From assembly GCA_051294905.1 (NCBI GenBank), contig CM119372.1:21330001-21394000 (forward strand): a stretch of DNA of 64,000 nucleotides, read 5' to 3'. Below are positions 39,205 to 52,687 of the stretch, piece by piece (the first letter of the stretch is position 1; the number at the start of each line of letters is the position of its first letter). The notes beneath the pieces were generated by a model. It did no database searches, had not been told where the DNA came from, and was given only the letters and a program-made list of their open reading frames with translations. Source of the stretch: Botryllus schlosseri (taxonomy: Eukaryota). The position numbers were made by a program, and so were the translations under genes.

Positions 39205-39999
39205 CTGACGATAGAATGCAGATTCTAACTTAATATACTAATCAACTGTTGGGCGCAGACCGTAAACAATTCAACGAGCGACTCGCATCCGACCCCGCGA
39301 GCACATATGACTTTGAGAGCCCTGGCTGTTACGATTATATTACTCGTCAACAATTGCAGCAGACTTAAATTGTATCACATGGATTTGTAGGTGGGTATTG
39401 GATTGCATTATATCAACTTGTTTCAACTTTTTGAGGTCTCATATTCTATCCTCTCTTTATCTATTTGTGGTATTCATGGTGTTTGTCGACTACTATGGTC
39501 ATTTACACCAGACCGATATTCCTTATTTTTTTATTCCGTATCGGCTGACATGTAGCACGGCTCACTTCTAGGCTTTTTTAAGATGAGAAGGCGAGGAGGA
39601 GCCTAGATTTAAAATTTGGCATTTCAGAGCTAAAACAGCCTTATCTGCGACGTATTCCTTGCTGTTGGGTCATAGCTATAATCATTGTGACGTCATCAGA
39701 TGTGGTCAAAGTACTTACAATAGGTACTCAAGTAAAAGCAGGAGTAACGGTGTAACTTTCTACTCAAGTATAAGTAAAAGTAACTTTTTATCAGTATATG
39801 TAAAACAAGAAGTATTTTTGGCCTAGATTTTGTTATCAGTATCAATTTATTAATCTTTTCTTCTTTTCAAAACATCACAAAACTGCGATACAATGAAAAG
39901 ATAGGAAGGCGTCGAAACGACTTGGAGTAGTCTTTGAAATCAGCAGCCACCTGTGCCTAGGCGATGTAAAGATGACGAAATCACAGCACACTGAATGGA

Positions 40000-42957
40000 A
40001 AATAAAGCGATATTGTGGCTGTGAAGCATTTGAAAACAAAAATCTTTAGCATTTGGTGTGCCAATGGTTTGGAGAGAGCCACATGGACATGGAAACGATT
40101 GTTACTTTTGCTCATGTGGTCTTCTTTTGGATTCAATGTCAAAAATCAGCATAAAATTCAATATCCGATTTGACTTGCGCAATACGACCGATTCCTTATG
40201 GGCCAAATGTCACAATTCCATTGCCTTCAAAAGTTTTACCAACAGTTGAAGAAGATTGTCTCGGTGAAGAGTCTTTGTCTGAAGGATGTTATCAACATGA
40301 GTGTGATGGTGATCAGCAGCTATATAAAGTTGAAGAAAGCTAAACTAAATAACGTGTTGATAAATTTGAATTTGCCAAAATAATCTGCTCTTATTGTAGG
40401 TTCCAGATTAAAAGCAAAGCATATACTTGGCACTGATACCACTGTTGCTTGGTGTTATATGCACCGTGATAGTGAATACACACGCTTCTTTGCCTCCGAT
40501 TTCTCTTTAGTCTATTGCAGCGGTTCTCAACCTTTTTGTACATGCGCTCCCCTTGGCGATGGTAAAAAAATTGCGCCCCCTGACCCCCCTGCACTTATCG
40601 TCATGTCAAAAAGAGCTTATAATCTAATACAGAGGTGGGCAACCTTTCGTTCTAATCACGGCCGCATTTTAATTAGCCTACTTATGTAGCCCAAGGCCGC
40701 ATTCCAGGGCATAGCCGTAATGAGCTAACTGGACACAAAATACCTATGGTAAACTGTCCATGTTCATTCCTGGTGAACTCCGGACTATTCCACTTTTCAC
40801 AGCGACCTATTGTACGCACCGAAATCGCGAAATTTTTCAGATTCACAAATGAATTCCGTAATTAATAGTAGCACTATCACATATTATTATCAAATATTTA
40901 TCCTTTCTCACCCCATGTGATCAGATTCACCGGTAGAGTTGATGGAAGGAGTGCGTTCGAAAATTTAGGGCAAGTCATAAATGATAATGCATCTTCGGCT
41001 GGGATAATTGTTATTAGTCGCTTTGTTGAATGCTTTTATTTTTTGACCCCTCCATCGGGATTGTCGAACGTATCGGTAGTGGAAATAGTAGAAATATATT
41101 GATATCGCCCAAAAGTACCATAAACAATTTTTTTTCGTGAGGAGCACACGATTCCGATTCCGGCTTAGATTGAAAAGGGCGCTCCTATACCAAAATCAAA
41201 AAATAAAGCCGTGTTAAATGGCACGGAGCGCGAGGAAAATTTCAAGATTACTTAAAATCTCTCAAAAATTTGGGAGTGAATTCGTAATTTAAATTTGCAT
41301 GTCGATGGCCGCACAAATTCCCTTCTACGGCCGCAGTTTGCCAACCCCTAATCTAATAGTCTACATATGGCAGGCTATATCCTACACCCCGTTTGAATCC
41401 GCATTCCAGTTGTTGAGTCTTTTACATTTTTGACAAATTTACCCAAACGTGTTTGAAAATAACAAAAAACATTGACAACAGGACATCAATTTATTTCAAG
41501 GTAGGTGGCACTGAGACTATAATCCTAATACTGGTAGTGACTATAGAGAGCACGGCGTCGTTCTGTCCAGCCATGCTAAGTGTGATAAGTTTTGGAATTG
41601 AACTGAATTGTGTTGATTTAGAGTAGCTTAATTGAGGGCGAAACCGGGCAACCTATATTGCATCCAAGTCTGTCTTAGGCAGTGCAGTTCGCCAGCTATT
41701 AACAAAAAAACCGAGCTTTAGGCTACTGCCAAAGCTATGAAGTAATGAATGACTTACACGTAGGAATTGCTCCATATCTTCAAAGAATATAAAAAATTCA
41801 CACAAATGAAGTTGCAATCAGCCTATACTCCGTAGAGCGCGACAGCTGGAGTTTGAATTTGACAAACTTTATTGAATACGAAATGAGTTTCATCATCAAC
41901 TATCGACTTTTCAGAATGGTTGTGAAACACATCTTTAGTCACGATTTATAAAGACTTTGTCAATTTCTCGCGTCCCCCTGAGAGCCTCCCGCGCCCCCCA
42001 GGTTGAGAACTACTGGTCTATTGTGTCGACGTTCAAGGTCTCATAGAGACGTTGGAAACTGCGAATTGCGCCTCTTTGTTTATGTACCAATTCTAAAAAC
42101 TGTTTTGTCGCACAATGCAAATCAATGTGTTTCTATCCCTGTAGCTGGTACAGCTGGCATCAAAGAGTCTTACGAGAATACGAAACTTTTGATTTCAAAT
42201 TTTTAGTATAGTACTCAAACTACTCAAACGTGTGAAATTTCCGTTGATTTTGAATTCATAAATATGCTACTGGTTCAACCGTCGAGAACTACAATGTATC
42301 CTTATTTTATGTGTGAATGGGACAGTAGAAATCATTGAATTAGACGTAAGTGGCTGATTACGGAGTATCTTACACCAGGCTTCAAAATGTTCCAGAGCCT
42401 GCTCTTATCGACAGATCTAATGTTGGATTTCCACCCATATATATTAAACTGGATCTCATGAAAAAGTTTTTAAATGCTATGATCAAACAGAGTGCATTTT
42501 CTAAATACATTGACGAAACGTTTCCTAACTGAAGTTTATACAGTAGAGGTTGAATTTGTAGGACCTCAAATCAGAACACTCACCAAAAACCTCTATTTCT
42601 TATTAGGAAGGCGGATTTGGAAAAAAATACATGACTCTCTTTCATTAAAGCTGCATCTAAATTTCATGGAAATACTAAGGATTTTGATTATTTGGAGGGT
42701 TTAGTTTAAGATAATAAAACCTCAAATCCAATAAAGTAAGTTTAAAGCTTTGTAGGATGTGTTTCGTATCATATACCGACCTAAACGGGCATAAGCGCCC
42801 TAAATACAGCCGTTTTTGAGTAAAATTTTTATTCGAATTTTGCGAAAAATTGCGACGGGATGAGTGAATTCCGACAGCAAATTCGGAATCAGCACCTTCA
42901 AATTAGGTAAACTCAATTAATCGTTCTGAAAAAAAAATTGAAAAATTTCGACCAGTG
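40000..42957 (+). mobile_element. Chapaev3-like (CMC superfamily) transposon remnant
   Basis: Degenerate transposase motifs PMVWREP..H..DCYFC, LVYC.DV, LKTVLSHN, KESYEN, CEWDSR, PPIYIKL.LMK.F, FVGPQIR. Right end CGACCAGTG followed by TTA. The reading frame rejoins across the 40518-42015 insertion. Left boundary not found. Confidence 0.75.
40518..42015 (+). mobile_element. Buster-type hAT MITE with nested element 40630-41350
   Basis: Outer TSD GTCTATTG; inner TSD ATCTAATA, present once at 16681-16688 in the empty-site copy. Confidence 0.9.
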
Positions 42958-45900
42958 TTAAAAAAATCTTGACTTGATAGAAAAAAAGGGCCCTCATTTC
43001 GTAATCAGCATGGGAAAATCGACTTGATAGTCATCAATTTGGCCCGAAAGTAAAAATCATGACGACCAATGTAATTATGGTCAGAGGCTACACAGTAAAT
43101 TACGTACCTAGTTAAGCAGTTCTATTGGTAAGCGTGAGCGATATAATGCCTTTTTACATTTATATTTAAATCTACATTCCTTACTCGATTCAGAATGAAT
43201 GTTTATTCCATCTGCGTTCATAAATGCATTTGAATCATGTTACCTCGTTTCGAAAATTTTTTTCGAGTTAATTTCAAGTCGACAAATATTTTCAGTTTGG
43301 TTTGTTAAATTACAATGAGCGCAATGTGCAATGAGCAATGAGCATTATATAAGCATCATTGCAGTCCTGAATATGGGTATCCCAGTTGATCTTTTAAATG
43401 TCATATTGGAAGAGCATTCCTTCTTAATTCAGGTATCGTATTGATCAGGTATACTCATATAACTTATATCTTATATATCGCATCATGATTGGATAGTTTT
43501 CTGAGAGGAGCTATTTAGAAATGACTTATATCACCATGACTATGGAATATGAATCTTACAAATAACATTTACTATCAAAGACTTTTACGCACTTTCCTCA
43601 TTCGCATCTGTCAACTGCAATTGCAATATCAACTCCAGCAAAATCTGAAATAGATAGAGAAATAATAGGTTAAAGACAACGATGACACAAGTTCCAGCAA
43701 GCACGGCGTAGCAAGATAGAGATATGTCATGGAACAGCGGTTCTTAAACAGGGGCCCATAGACCCCATGTGAGTAGAAAGCACCGAAGAAGGGGCCACGG
43801 AATGCATTGACATTATACGCTATTGAAGGCCGAAAACTATTTCTCAAATCAACATTAAGTAGATATTTCTGGGCGGATTTATTCTACTAGAAAACTTTAT
43901 ACGGGCGCAAATTCGTGACAAGTGATTTATGCTTTCAATTTGGTCACCATCCCTTTCAACGAAATAATAGTAAGATAATAATAAAAAATAAAACAAGAGT
44001 TGCAGAATTGATTCTAGCCTTCTTCCCATCTCCCAGCATGCACCTGTGAATATTATCATGCGGGGTGAAGGAGAATAAAAAATATTTATGATATAAATGC
44101 AAGTTAGGCCGGGAGCGGCGCAATGGGCCAAAAACACATTTTTGTTTTAAATTTATTTCGAGCCCAGAAATACCAATGAACTTTAGCAAAACGATGGATG
44201 AAAATAAAACGCATATAGTTCCAAAGAAAAATGATTTGAAAATTCGAATAAGCACCGCCACTCGAAAACGTATCCACAATTAGACTGGCGGTGAGTGAAA
44301 ATGGGACGGTATAAAAAATTTAATACCGCGCCAGTTAGCAAGTAACTGAGAACTTTTGAAGAAAAGGGTGGATTAGCAAGTGTCGAAGACCAGTTCACAT
44401 CACGAAGTTTGAAATCGTAATGAAACTTGCATGAAGATCGCTGCCGACTCGTCGACCCAACTTGATTATAAGGAATCAAAACAAACTTAATATCCTCCCA
44501 TTATTGCCTGGTACTGCAAAAGATGTTTAAGGGAGTGTTGGTGACGATCTTGCTTCTGCGCACTCTTCTGTTTATTTTTATAAATTTTGTGAAATATGCT
44601 TTTGGATATCAGCGGACCAATGTGCCCCATATAAATTGTCCCAATGCGCCTCGCCACTTCTCCAAAGCAAAAATATCTCTAAAACTTTAACATCGCGATC
44701 CTGCGCCTATAGAATAGCATACTGGGCGACTAATAACTGCTCCGAATAAGCTTTGTACTTATTTCAAGCACAAAAAACGAGATATACACAAACACCTAAA
44801 ACACGATCGAAAGGTAGCGATGTAAATTTACTCAGGTCAGCCAAATTAAGAATGTTGTCATCTTCTCAAAAAGACAGTGACCTTGGCGAAATGAAACCGC
44901 ATCAGGATTACGGCTGATACGGCACTACTAAATCATCGAAGCGAATACGTTTCCGGTCTGATTTTAAAAATATTTACGATGTACCATTGTGCCCCATCTT
45001 CCCCTATCATTATTATTGACAAAATATCCATTACCCGTAAAAAACTTTCACGATGCGTGCGATTAAGACAACGAAGGTGTGGTAGGTGGATAGAAATAAA
45101 TATAGATAAGTCTGGCCTTCGTGATATGCATAATTCCAGTTCATATTGGCTACCGAGAGAGAGTTATTTAACCGTGTGTAGTACCGGTGTATAGTGATAA
45201 ATGACCCATATTCGATAATGGGCTTTGGGCGGTTAAAAATTGTGCTGAAAATCCTAGGTGTGCCAAGACCAGCGTTTGGGGCGAGCTGACAAAGTGCTGT
45301 CTCTATCCTAGACAGGGGTGCGAAATACTTTCATGAGAGCTCAAGGGGTACAGGCGATCAAAAGGTTGAGAAATACCGTTTCAGAACAGAATTTAGGTGC
45401 GTGTGGTATTATGTGTTAGCAGAATACATATACAATTATACATACAGTCACACACATACGTCCGGGGCGGTGAATAATTTATAGATCGTTATCTGTATTT
45501 CCCGTGACGCAGAATATCACGTAGTAGGCTAGTACTTGACTACTTCGATTAGATATAGATAGAAATCGTGCAAATTCCAAAATGAACATACTGGCATTAT
45601 CCGATTTGATTATGTCACAGTGGACATGTGACATGTGTAGATATTATGACTATTTATCTAATGAAACATTTGATCGATTATATCCAATGGTCGGTAACCG
45701 CTATAGTCCGCGAGGATCGCGTCACTAGTCCCCGACAAGTTCATATACTTTTGTAAGTTGGAAGGTTCAAAATTATAGCGGTGAAGATCATTGATAGAAA
45801 TTAAATAAAATTCCACATGCCCGTTTCACGATCGAATACCCCACTTTTCGAATGCAAATTTGTAGCATCAATATATCTTTGCATAATAGCTCATTCGTAA

Positions 45901-46277
45901 ATAGATGCACGTTGAGCTTTTTAACTGAATAATGCGGCTATGCTATTTTTCTTCGATTTTTCTCTTGTGGTGGTATTTTTTCAACCATATCTATATTTCA
46001 TTGCACTTTGGGGCAACGCTGTGGGTTGATCATGAATTCAAAAATATGTTATATTTCCAGTATAGGTGTGCGATATTAGATAGGAGTCACTAACCTAGAC
46101 TCACCTTGAGAATTTTTCTCCATGAGCCGTTGAATTTTTTCTTCAAGATTCCCGTATTCTAGAATAGGATGGCGGATAGCGCATTAAAACATATCCATCA
46201 AGGTTATCGTTTACTTGCATATGAAGTTGGTTGCACCAGATGAATAACAAGTTGGCTGCAGCGTAATTCTTTCACAT

Positions 46278-47568
46278 CAGACTTGGACAACTAGATAATT
46301 CTAGTTTTTAATTTCACTGAATTAGAGCGAAATGCAAGTAATCTAATTCTAATCTAATTTGTGAAGTGTTCCTACGCGATAATTTTAATTCTAATCTAAT
46401 TTATTGTTTTCCTGAATATGCCTCGTAGTAGTTAATGTGACGAATATTAGCCATGCTGGCATAGTCAACTACACCAAGAAAAAGAGGATGATTGCTTCAG
46501 ATCTAACCAAAGAAAATATATTAGAGGATGAAGAGGGAAATGTTTCGCATCAGAGAGTGAGAGCATGGTCTGTGATGTTTTGAGTTACTGAAAAAGTGAA
46601 AATCGTTTTCCTCATCTCAAGGCTGCTGCTCGAGAACTCGTAGGCCTGACTGCAACATCGGCTCCAGCCATGCTGGAAAACTGTATTGTGCAGGGGTCGC
46701 CAACTCAAAACAGGTCGCGAGTCACTTCCCGGCCGTGGGCCGTGGGCCGCAAGAATGCAATATCGAGACCAATATAGTTGAGTAACCACGTTTTTAAAAC
46801 TTTATGTTAGTAGCCTACAACACCTTGCTCACTAATATGTCTGATGGTCATGGTTATCACAAAAGAAGGAATATTTTAATAAAGAAGTACAAATATGACA
46901 AGAAATATCATTTATCATAAACTTCATTTAATTTTGAACTATGAGCTTCGCACGATAGCTGACACCGATTTCGAGAGACTAATGAAGAATCCATACTGGG
47001 CTTAGCTAGACATGCTACTAGCCGTAAAACTATCTCATCCGAAAAGTTGATCTTGTGGGGACGTTCTATACCGTTTTCTAAGCGCCTCGGTCTTGGCAGT
47101 GCCAGGGCCATTGCACGTCAAGCCAATATGCTTATAAGTTTCGGCGGATTCAGTAATTCTAAATCTAGTCTGATTTGGAAAAAATGCGTTGCTCTAATTC
47201 TAACTCTAATATACGAGGCGAGATAGCGTAGTGGTATATTCCACAGCGGCAACACCAATGGTTGCGGGTTCGAGTCCGACCGAGGTCGACTCTAGAATTC
47301 CAATCTACGTGTTGGAAGTTTGTCTATTTGGCTTCTCGTCGCCACGTGATCCGTGTCAGTGCTGTCTTATAAAAAGCCTAGAAGTCGGCCGTGCTACAAG
47401 TCGGTAAATACGGAATTAAAGTATATCGGCCTGGTGTAAAATGACCCATGCAGTCGAACACCATGAATATAAAAAAATCTAATCTAATTTGGAAAATGAC
47501 TGTGTACCTCTAATTCTAATTCTAATCTAATTCGGAAAAGCTGAAAATTGTCTAGTTTTCAAAGTCTG
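46278..47568. mobile_element. hAT-like MITE with CTAATTCTAAT repeats, hosting a SINE
   Basis: Imperfect TIR CAGACTT[G/T]GA.AACTAGA; TSD TTTCACAT/TTTCACAA. Confidence 0.7.
47217..47477 (+). mobile_element. tRNA-derived SINE, full length
   Basis: A box TAGCGTAGTGG (47224-47234), B box GGTTCGAGTCC (47267-47277), A-rich tail. Partial copies at 55418-55645 (+) and 8147-8335, 39465-39606, 37690-37787, 4180-4269 (-). Confidence 0.85.
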
Positions 47569-47696
47569 TTTCACAAATGAAGCCATTTCCGTGAGGCGTC
47601 AGCAGAAATCATTCTATTTTGCAAAACAGTTGTAGAATATTCACAATAAAATGAACCGCGAAGGGTTCAAATATGCCCATACCCTATTCTACTAAC

Positions 47697-47871
47697 CTCG
47701 ATACCAAGTGCCTTGAAATTGAAAATGAAGAGTGAAGATTGCCGCGAATACAGCGATTGCTGCTGAAAGTAGTAAGATTGCAGCCACTCCCTTCACAAAC
47801 TTTTGGCTCATTCGACTATCTGCCTTACCCGATTGTTGATAGTCACCTAAATGGAAAGAGTTTCTTGACAT
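47697..47871 (-). CDS. Exon 1 of predicted type II membrane TSP1-TSP1-C-type lectin gene (cytoplasmic tail + signal anchor)
   Basis: Reads MSRNSFHLGDYQQSGKADSRMSQKFVKGVAAILLLSAAIAVFAAIFTLHFQFQGTWYR-G, then donor GTTAGT (phase 1). Hydrophobic stretch preceded by Lys residues. Alternative in-frame ATGs at 47928 and 47811, so the start is uncertain. Confidence 0.7.
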
Positions 47872-48529
47872 ATAGAGCCTGGGTGACCTACCTTTTCGGA
47901 TAAGGGCCACATGAGATTTACGAACCATTGCGCGGGTTACTTGAATGCTGAAGAAATTTTATTGGTCGTTTGATTCGATCGAACTGGATTATGTAACGGT
48001 GAAAACAGGACTTATCTTACTACGCATCAAAATCGATAACAATTATGTCATGAAAACTCAGCGTGCATGAAAGTCCTAGCCCCAGCGCGAAAATTTCGCA
48101 AAGATAATGAATGAATTAGGTCAATAATATTGTTGCTTGCATATATTCCGGGTTTACTCTGTATACCGCTGGGCTCATTTGGCATGGGCAGAGGCTCATT
48201 TTGTGCCAAAGTTTCATCGCCAACGATCTCTCCGTGAGTGCACACTGTACAGGCACACGCGAAGTCGCATTGAACAACGCGTTCTTTCATAATCGCGAAT
48301 AAAGTTAGACTAAACTCTGGAGAGGTTACCAAACCAATACTAAAAGCCAGAAATCGAGTGACAATCAATGGCGTGAAGTCACATATATCGGCCGCAAAAT
48401 ATTCTACTTCATGGGCATATACGAAAAAATAAGAAAATATGGCTGACCCCTGGCTACGCTAATGCGTTGTATTTGATATTGTAGCCATCAACATCCCAAA
48501 TCCCAACCCTATCTTTCAATGAAGCGATA

Positions 48530-49317
48530 GCCTATATTAATGTACACGATACCTAGCGACCAACTCGGGCCACATAATGCAACAGTGCTGAAGTACATAT
48601 TGGCGTTTTAAACGTCGCTGAATGTATCTACTGAGGCAACCAAAGGACATAATACTCCCATAAAATCATTATCTTTCGTCGCTTTAACAACAATTTCGAC
48701 GAGGACTTACCAGGGAATATATGCTTACCCTTTAACCGGACAATGTATTCGGCGTCTGAGTATTGCTACATCGATATTGAGCACAGTGTAAAATGGGTTT
48801 CTATACTTGCTACCTATAGTACCCCATTGAGAAGTTATACAGCAGTAGCCAACACCTCAATCGAACGGATTCGGTTTTAATGATGCAGTAAAGATATGAA
48901 GTCAAGATTGAACCCGTACGCCTTCTCGATTTTTTACGTCAGAAAACGATATCAATCTTATTGATTGGTCGAATAAGCATCATTCGCTGACTACGTATTT
49001 CGCTTATGATGTTCTGTGATTGTGGGCCAAGCTCGCAGCAGAGAGTCACTAATTGTTTACAAACGGAAAGCTGGATATTTCGAGCAAACCTTTGTAACAA
49101 AGCAAGCAAAACTTTTGAGATTGTCAAGTTACATGCTCGTTTAGTGTCGATTTTTAATGCTGCCAGCGCCATGCATAGAGTGGCCCGCCGTTGAAATGCA
49201 ATAAGTTTGAACCAAAGATGTTATAATGAAGTGACAATTGTTGTGAACGCGAACCTCTAAATCTCCGTGGCTCACTCACAGGACGCGAACGCGAACCTCA
49301 CGTTCACACCATCCCTA
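48530..49317 (-). mobile_element. MITE family G (terminus TAGGGATGGTG, GTTCACGTTCGCG repeats)
   Basis: Reverse-complement match to 57980-58806; other pieces at 11235-12935, 14695-14893 and ~56183. Confidence 0.8.
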
Positions 49318-49905
49318 CTGACCACCTTTGTTAAAGATCACATGTCCACAAAATTCCCACAGGAAGTTACAAAATTCGAATAAAATGACCCACCGGTCGG
49401 GGAGCGCTGCGGTAGCGTATATTTATTTACGTAAACGTTTTCACCAGTTACAGATACGACGCCGTCTTGATTTGTCTGTCGATTCTCCGTTTCATCAGTC
49501 ACATTGTACTTCATGGATTGCATATCGGTACCGTTCTGGATTCAATTCACGTAGGTAGAATTATACCTTGTTAGAATAACAAGCTGCACCTAATGCAATG
49601 AATAGTTGTTGATGAATAACGAATGAAAAGAATGAATAACGAATAAGAATGAGTGTATGCAAGTAAGAGGTCCGTCTCTCTTATCGGATAAATTATGTAT
49701 AGCTGGAATTGAAAGTTCAGCAACCGCAATGGTTGTAACAGCCGTACATGTGTAATGAAGACTGATGTACAGTTGCACACTCTCAGTGATTTGATTTGTT
49801 TCCGGTGGCACGCCTTTGTTGATAGTTCGTTTTTAACACCTCGCGTTTACATCGAGCCATAATCTATTCCTTAGTAGGACGCCTAAATATTTATAGCCTG
49901 TAGAT

Positions 49906-51372
49906 CAGTGGTCGGGAACCTTTGTCAGCTGAAGAGCCATGTTAGCCCTATATTTTCCATTTAAACTCGCAAAAAGCCATACATGCCAATCAAATTTTAC
50001 GTCACAATTTAAAATTCGTGTCGTCATGGCAGTACTGATTCGAACTCATTACATGGGATTTGTCGTGGGCGCCATATTTTCTCAGTAAAACTCATATCAA
50101 TATTTTCATCATTCCAAAACACCACAAAACTGCGATACAATGAAAAGATACAGGAAAGTGTCGATACGACTTTTGATTGAAATCGTATGCTACTAATCAT
50201 CCTGTGATAGCGCAATTCATCGTAAATAGCTCAGAATTTATAATAACTTACATAAATCTAGAGCACTGATTCCAAAATAAATAGCCTATTGATCGACTTC
50301 TCAATTCGGCGGTAACATAAACGTTGCACTACACGCCTACATTTAAAGGGCATGCAGTAATAGAAAGCTACTTATCAATTTGGAGATGAATAGCGAAGTG
50401 TTGTTTGTAATTTAGATTTGTAATTGGAATGTCACTTCCAAGGCAGTTCATTTCTCGGCGTAGATCAGGCAGACAAATGTATTTCAAAACTAAATTGTCA
50501 TATAGGCATCCCCGTGTCTGCTATTCTCTTGATCAGTGACTCCCGACCGGTGTGGGACTCAATGAATTCTGGTGGGGAATAGAAGCATTTGTAAAACGGT
50601 ATATACATGTTTATGGAGACTCAAGCGCGATTACCGTTGCCAGTTAACAGCTCTGGAAAGTATATTTCGAAAATTATAAATTGGAAGTGTCCTCGGAGGA
50701 TGCCTAAATGTCCTATTTTTTTTATTTGTCCACTTTTTCTATGAAAAAGATTTAAATGCCATGAAAAATGCGAATCCGACGCGGCGAACGACAGAGTTTC
50801 GTAAAAAATCGGGAGCCGAATGAAAGTGATGATGACCTTTTATTTAGTCAACACAATACTACCGGTCGAAAAATTTTCAAAATCACCAGCTTTCTTGTAG
50901 CTTTCAGAATTTATAAAAGTGTCTTCTTTTTAGGTTCTAAAAATCTGGTAACCCTATTTTAAAGGATATATAGGAGTTTTGGGTAGTGGGGAATAAAGAC
51001 TGGGAATAAATCTGACGTGGGGAATGAAGACAAAAAGGTTGGGAACCATTGCTCTTGATCAGCCAACGTATGGTACAATCCAAGATTACGCAACGCGCAA
51101 TGCCGGTGCATCGAATTCGCGAGGGATATTGGTCGCTAGCGCTACAGCAACTTAAATTTGAGCATTTTGTAACCCTGGATACGCCACGCACCTCTCAAAT
51201 ACATGTTTATGCTGCTACGAGAATAATTATTCTGGCCGTTAAGAAGATTTACTATAACAAATTGCTGCAATATCGATAAAATTAGGTACAGAATCAAAAA
51301 TATGTGAAAGAGCCATATCTTATACCCAAAATAGCCATATATGGCTCGCGAGCCATGGGTCTCCGACCACTG
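49906..51372 (+). mobile_element. Buster-type hAT MITE (TIR CAGTGGTCGG[G/A][A/G]ACC)
   Basis: TSD CTGTAGAT/CTATAGAT. Confidence 0.85.
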
Positions 51373-51380
51373 CTATAGAT

Positions 51381-52687
51381 CAGTGGTTCTCAACCGCCGG
51401 TCCGCGACGACATTCCTGCCGGTCCGCGAGGAATATTACAATTTTATACTTTAATTTCAAGATGCAATGTTGAAGGCTTGTCCTTTGATAAAATAAATAA
51501 AACATCTCATTTTAAACTGATTCAAAACTTCGTGAGGTAACATTAGGGCTGGAAACATGTTCGATTTGAATTAAAGTACTAGACGTTTCATTTGATGACA
51601 TGCGAGCGACAAATACAGAACAGATACGAGCTCACTCATCGCTAAGCAGCGCAGTTTGATCATTGGTTTTCGATTCATTTATTTTGTGCAGGACCGTAAC
51701 TGGGGCACCCCAAACCGCCCAATTGGAGAGGGGCCGAGCTTGAAAAGGGTCCAAAATTATTTCGCAAATGAATATAAATCATAGCGTTTTATTTGAAACT
51801 TTTTCCAGCATTTTTCAATTTCTTTTCGGGCTTTGCACGATTTAGTGTCCCTAAATGTCTTGCTTATTAGGTGCCCTTCTCCGAGAAATACGCATCATTT
51901 ATAGGCATTTCGGCGTCAGCCATTGCCGCACCACGGCGTATCCACACATAATGAAGTTTAGGTTAACATATGGGACTCCGAAATTTCGGCCTAAAATTCG
52001 ACCGCGAGAAAAGCGCTTCAGTCGTGAATGATCGAAAATTGTCGTCATTGTCGCGATAAGCTACGTAAACTCTCTGCTTACGATGAGTAGAGTCTTGGGG
52101 CGAAGCCCCCGGATATTTGGCTTATCGCCCTGTGGGTGGGGGCCCAAAGATCAACGTTTTTGGGGGTGGGCTGACGAAGTGCTTTTTCGGCCCGGATTTG
52201 CGGATGGCCGGTATAGCTGCTGTAATGTGTTTTCTTGCGGCAAGCACTTATTCGCAGTTTCCGGAGTAGCCTGCGTCTGGTGGCAATGGGCAATGAGCAA
52301 GGTAGCACGAGAAGGTGCTTGGTTCGACTCCGATACGTTTCTTCTCTTGATATTGTCGGTCGGTATTGAGTTGGCGTGGCCGTTTAAACCCACGGCCTTT
52401 GACGCGAAAGACTGTAAACGACTCTCAGCGGTAGTACGTTTATCTGGACAAGGCAATTTTACTTGGCCTTGGCAGACTCACTACCATAAAATCACATGGA
52501 TGCCATCATGAATATTATTAAATACGATCAAAACCCTCCAAATGTCACTCTCTAGCATCATATAATTGCCAAAAACGGTTGCATACTTCACATTTTGGCT
52601 TCATTTCAATTTTGACAGTTAACCGGTCCGCCAGACATTTTTTGAAATTTTACCGGTCCGCGAGGCGAAAAAGGTTGAGAACCACTG
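51381..52687 (+). mobile_element. Buster-type hAT MITE (TIR CAGTGGTTCTCAACC)
   Basis: Perfect TSD CTATAGAT, shared with the preceding element. Confidence 0.9.

Noticed and set aside
47217..47290. tRNA gene
   Set aside because: A and B boxes are present, but no convincing cloverleaf and it continues into a repeated SINE body.
52083..52511. Overlapping 142-aa and 101-aa ORFs
   Set aside because: Lie inside a nested MITE; no recognisable domain or splice structure.
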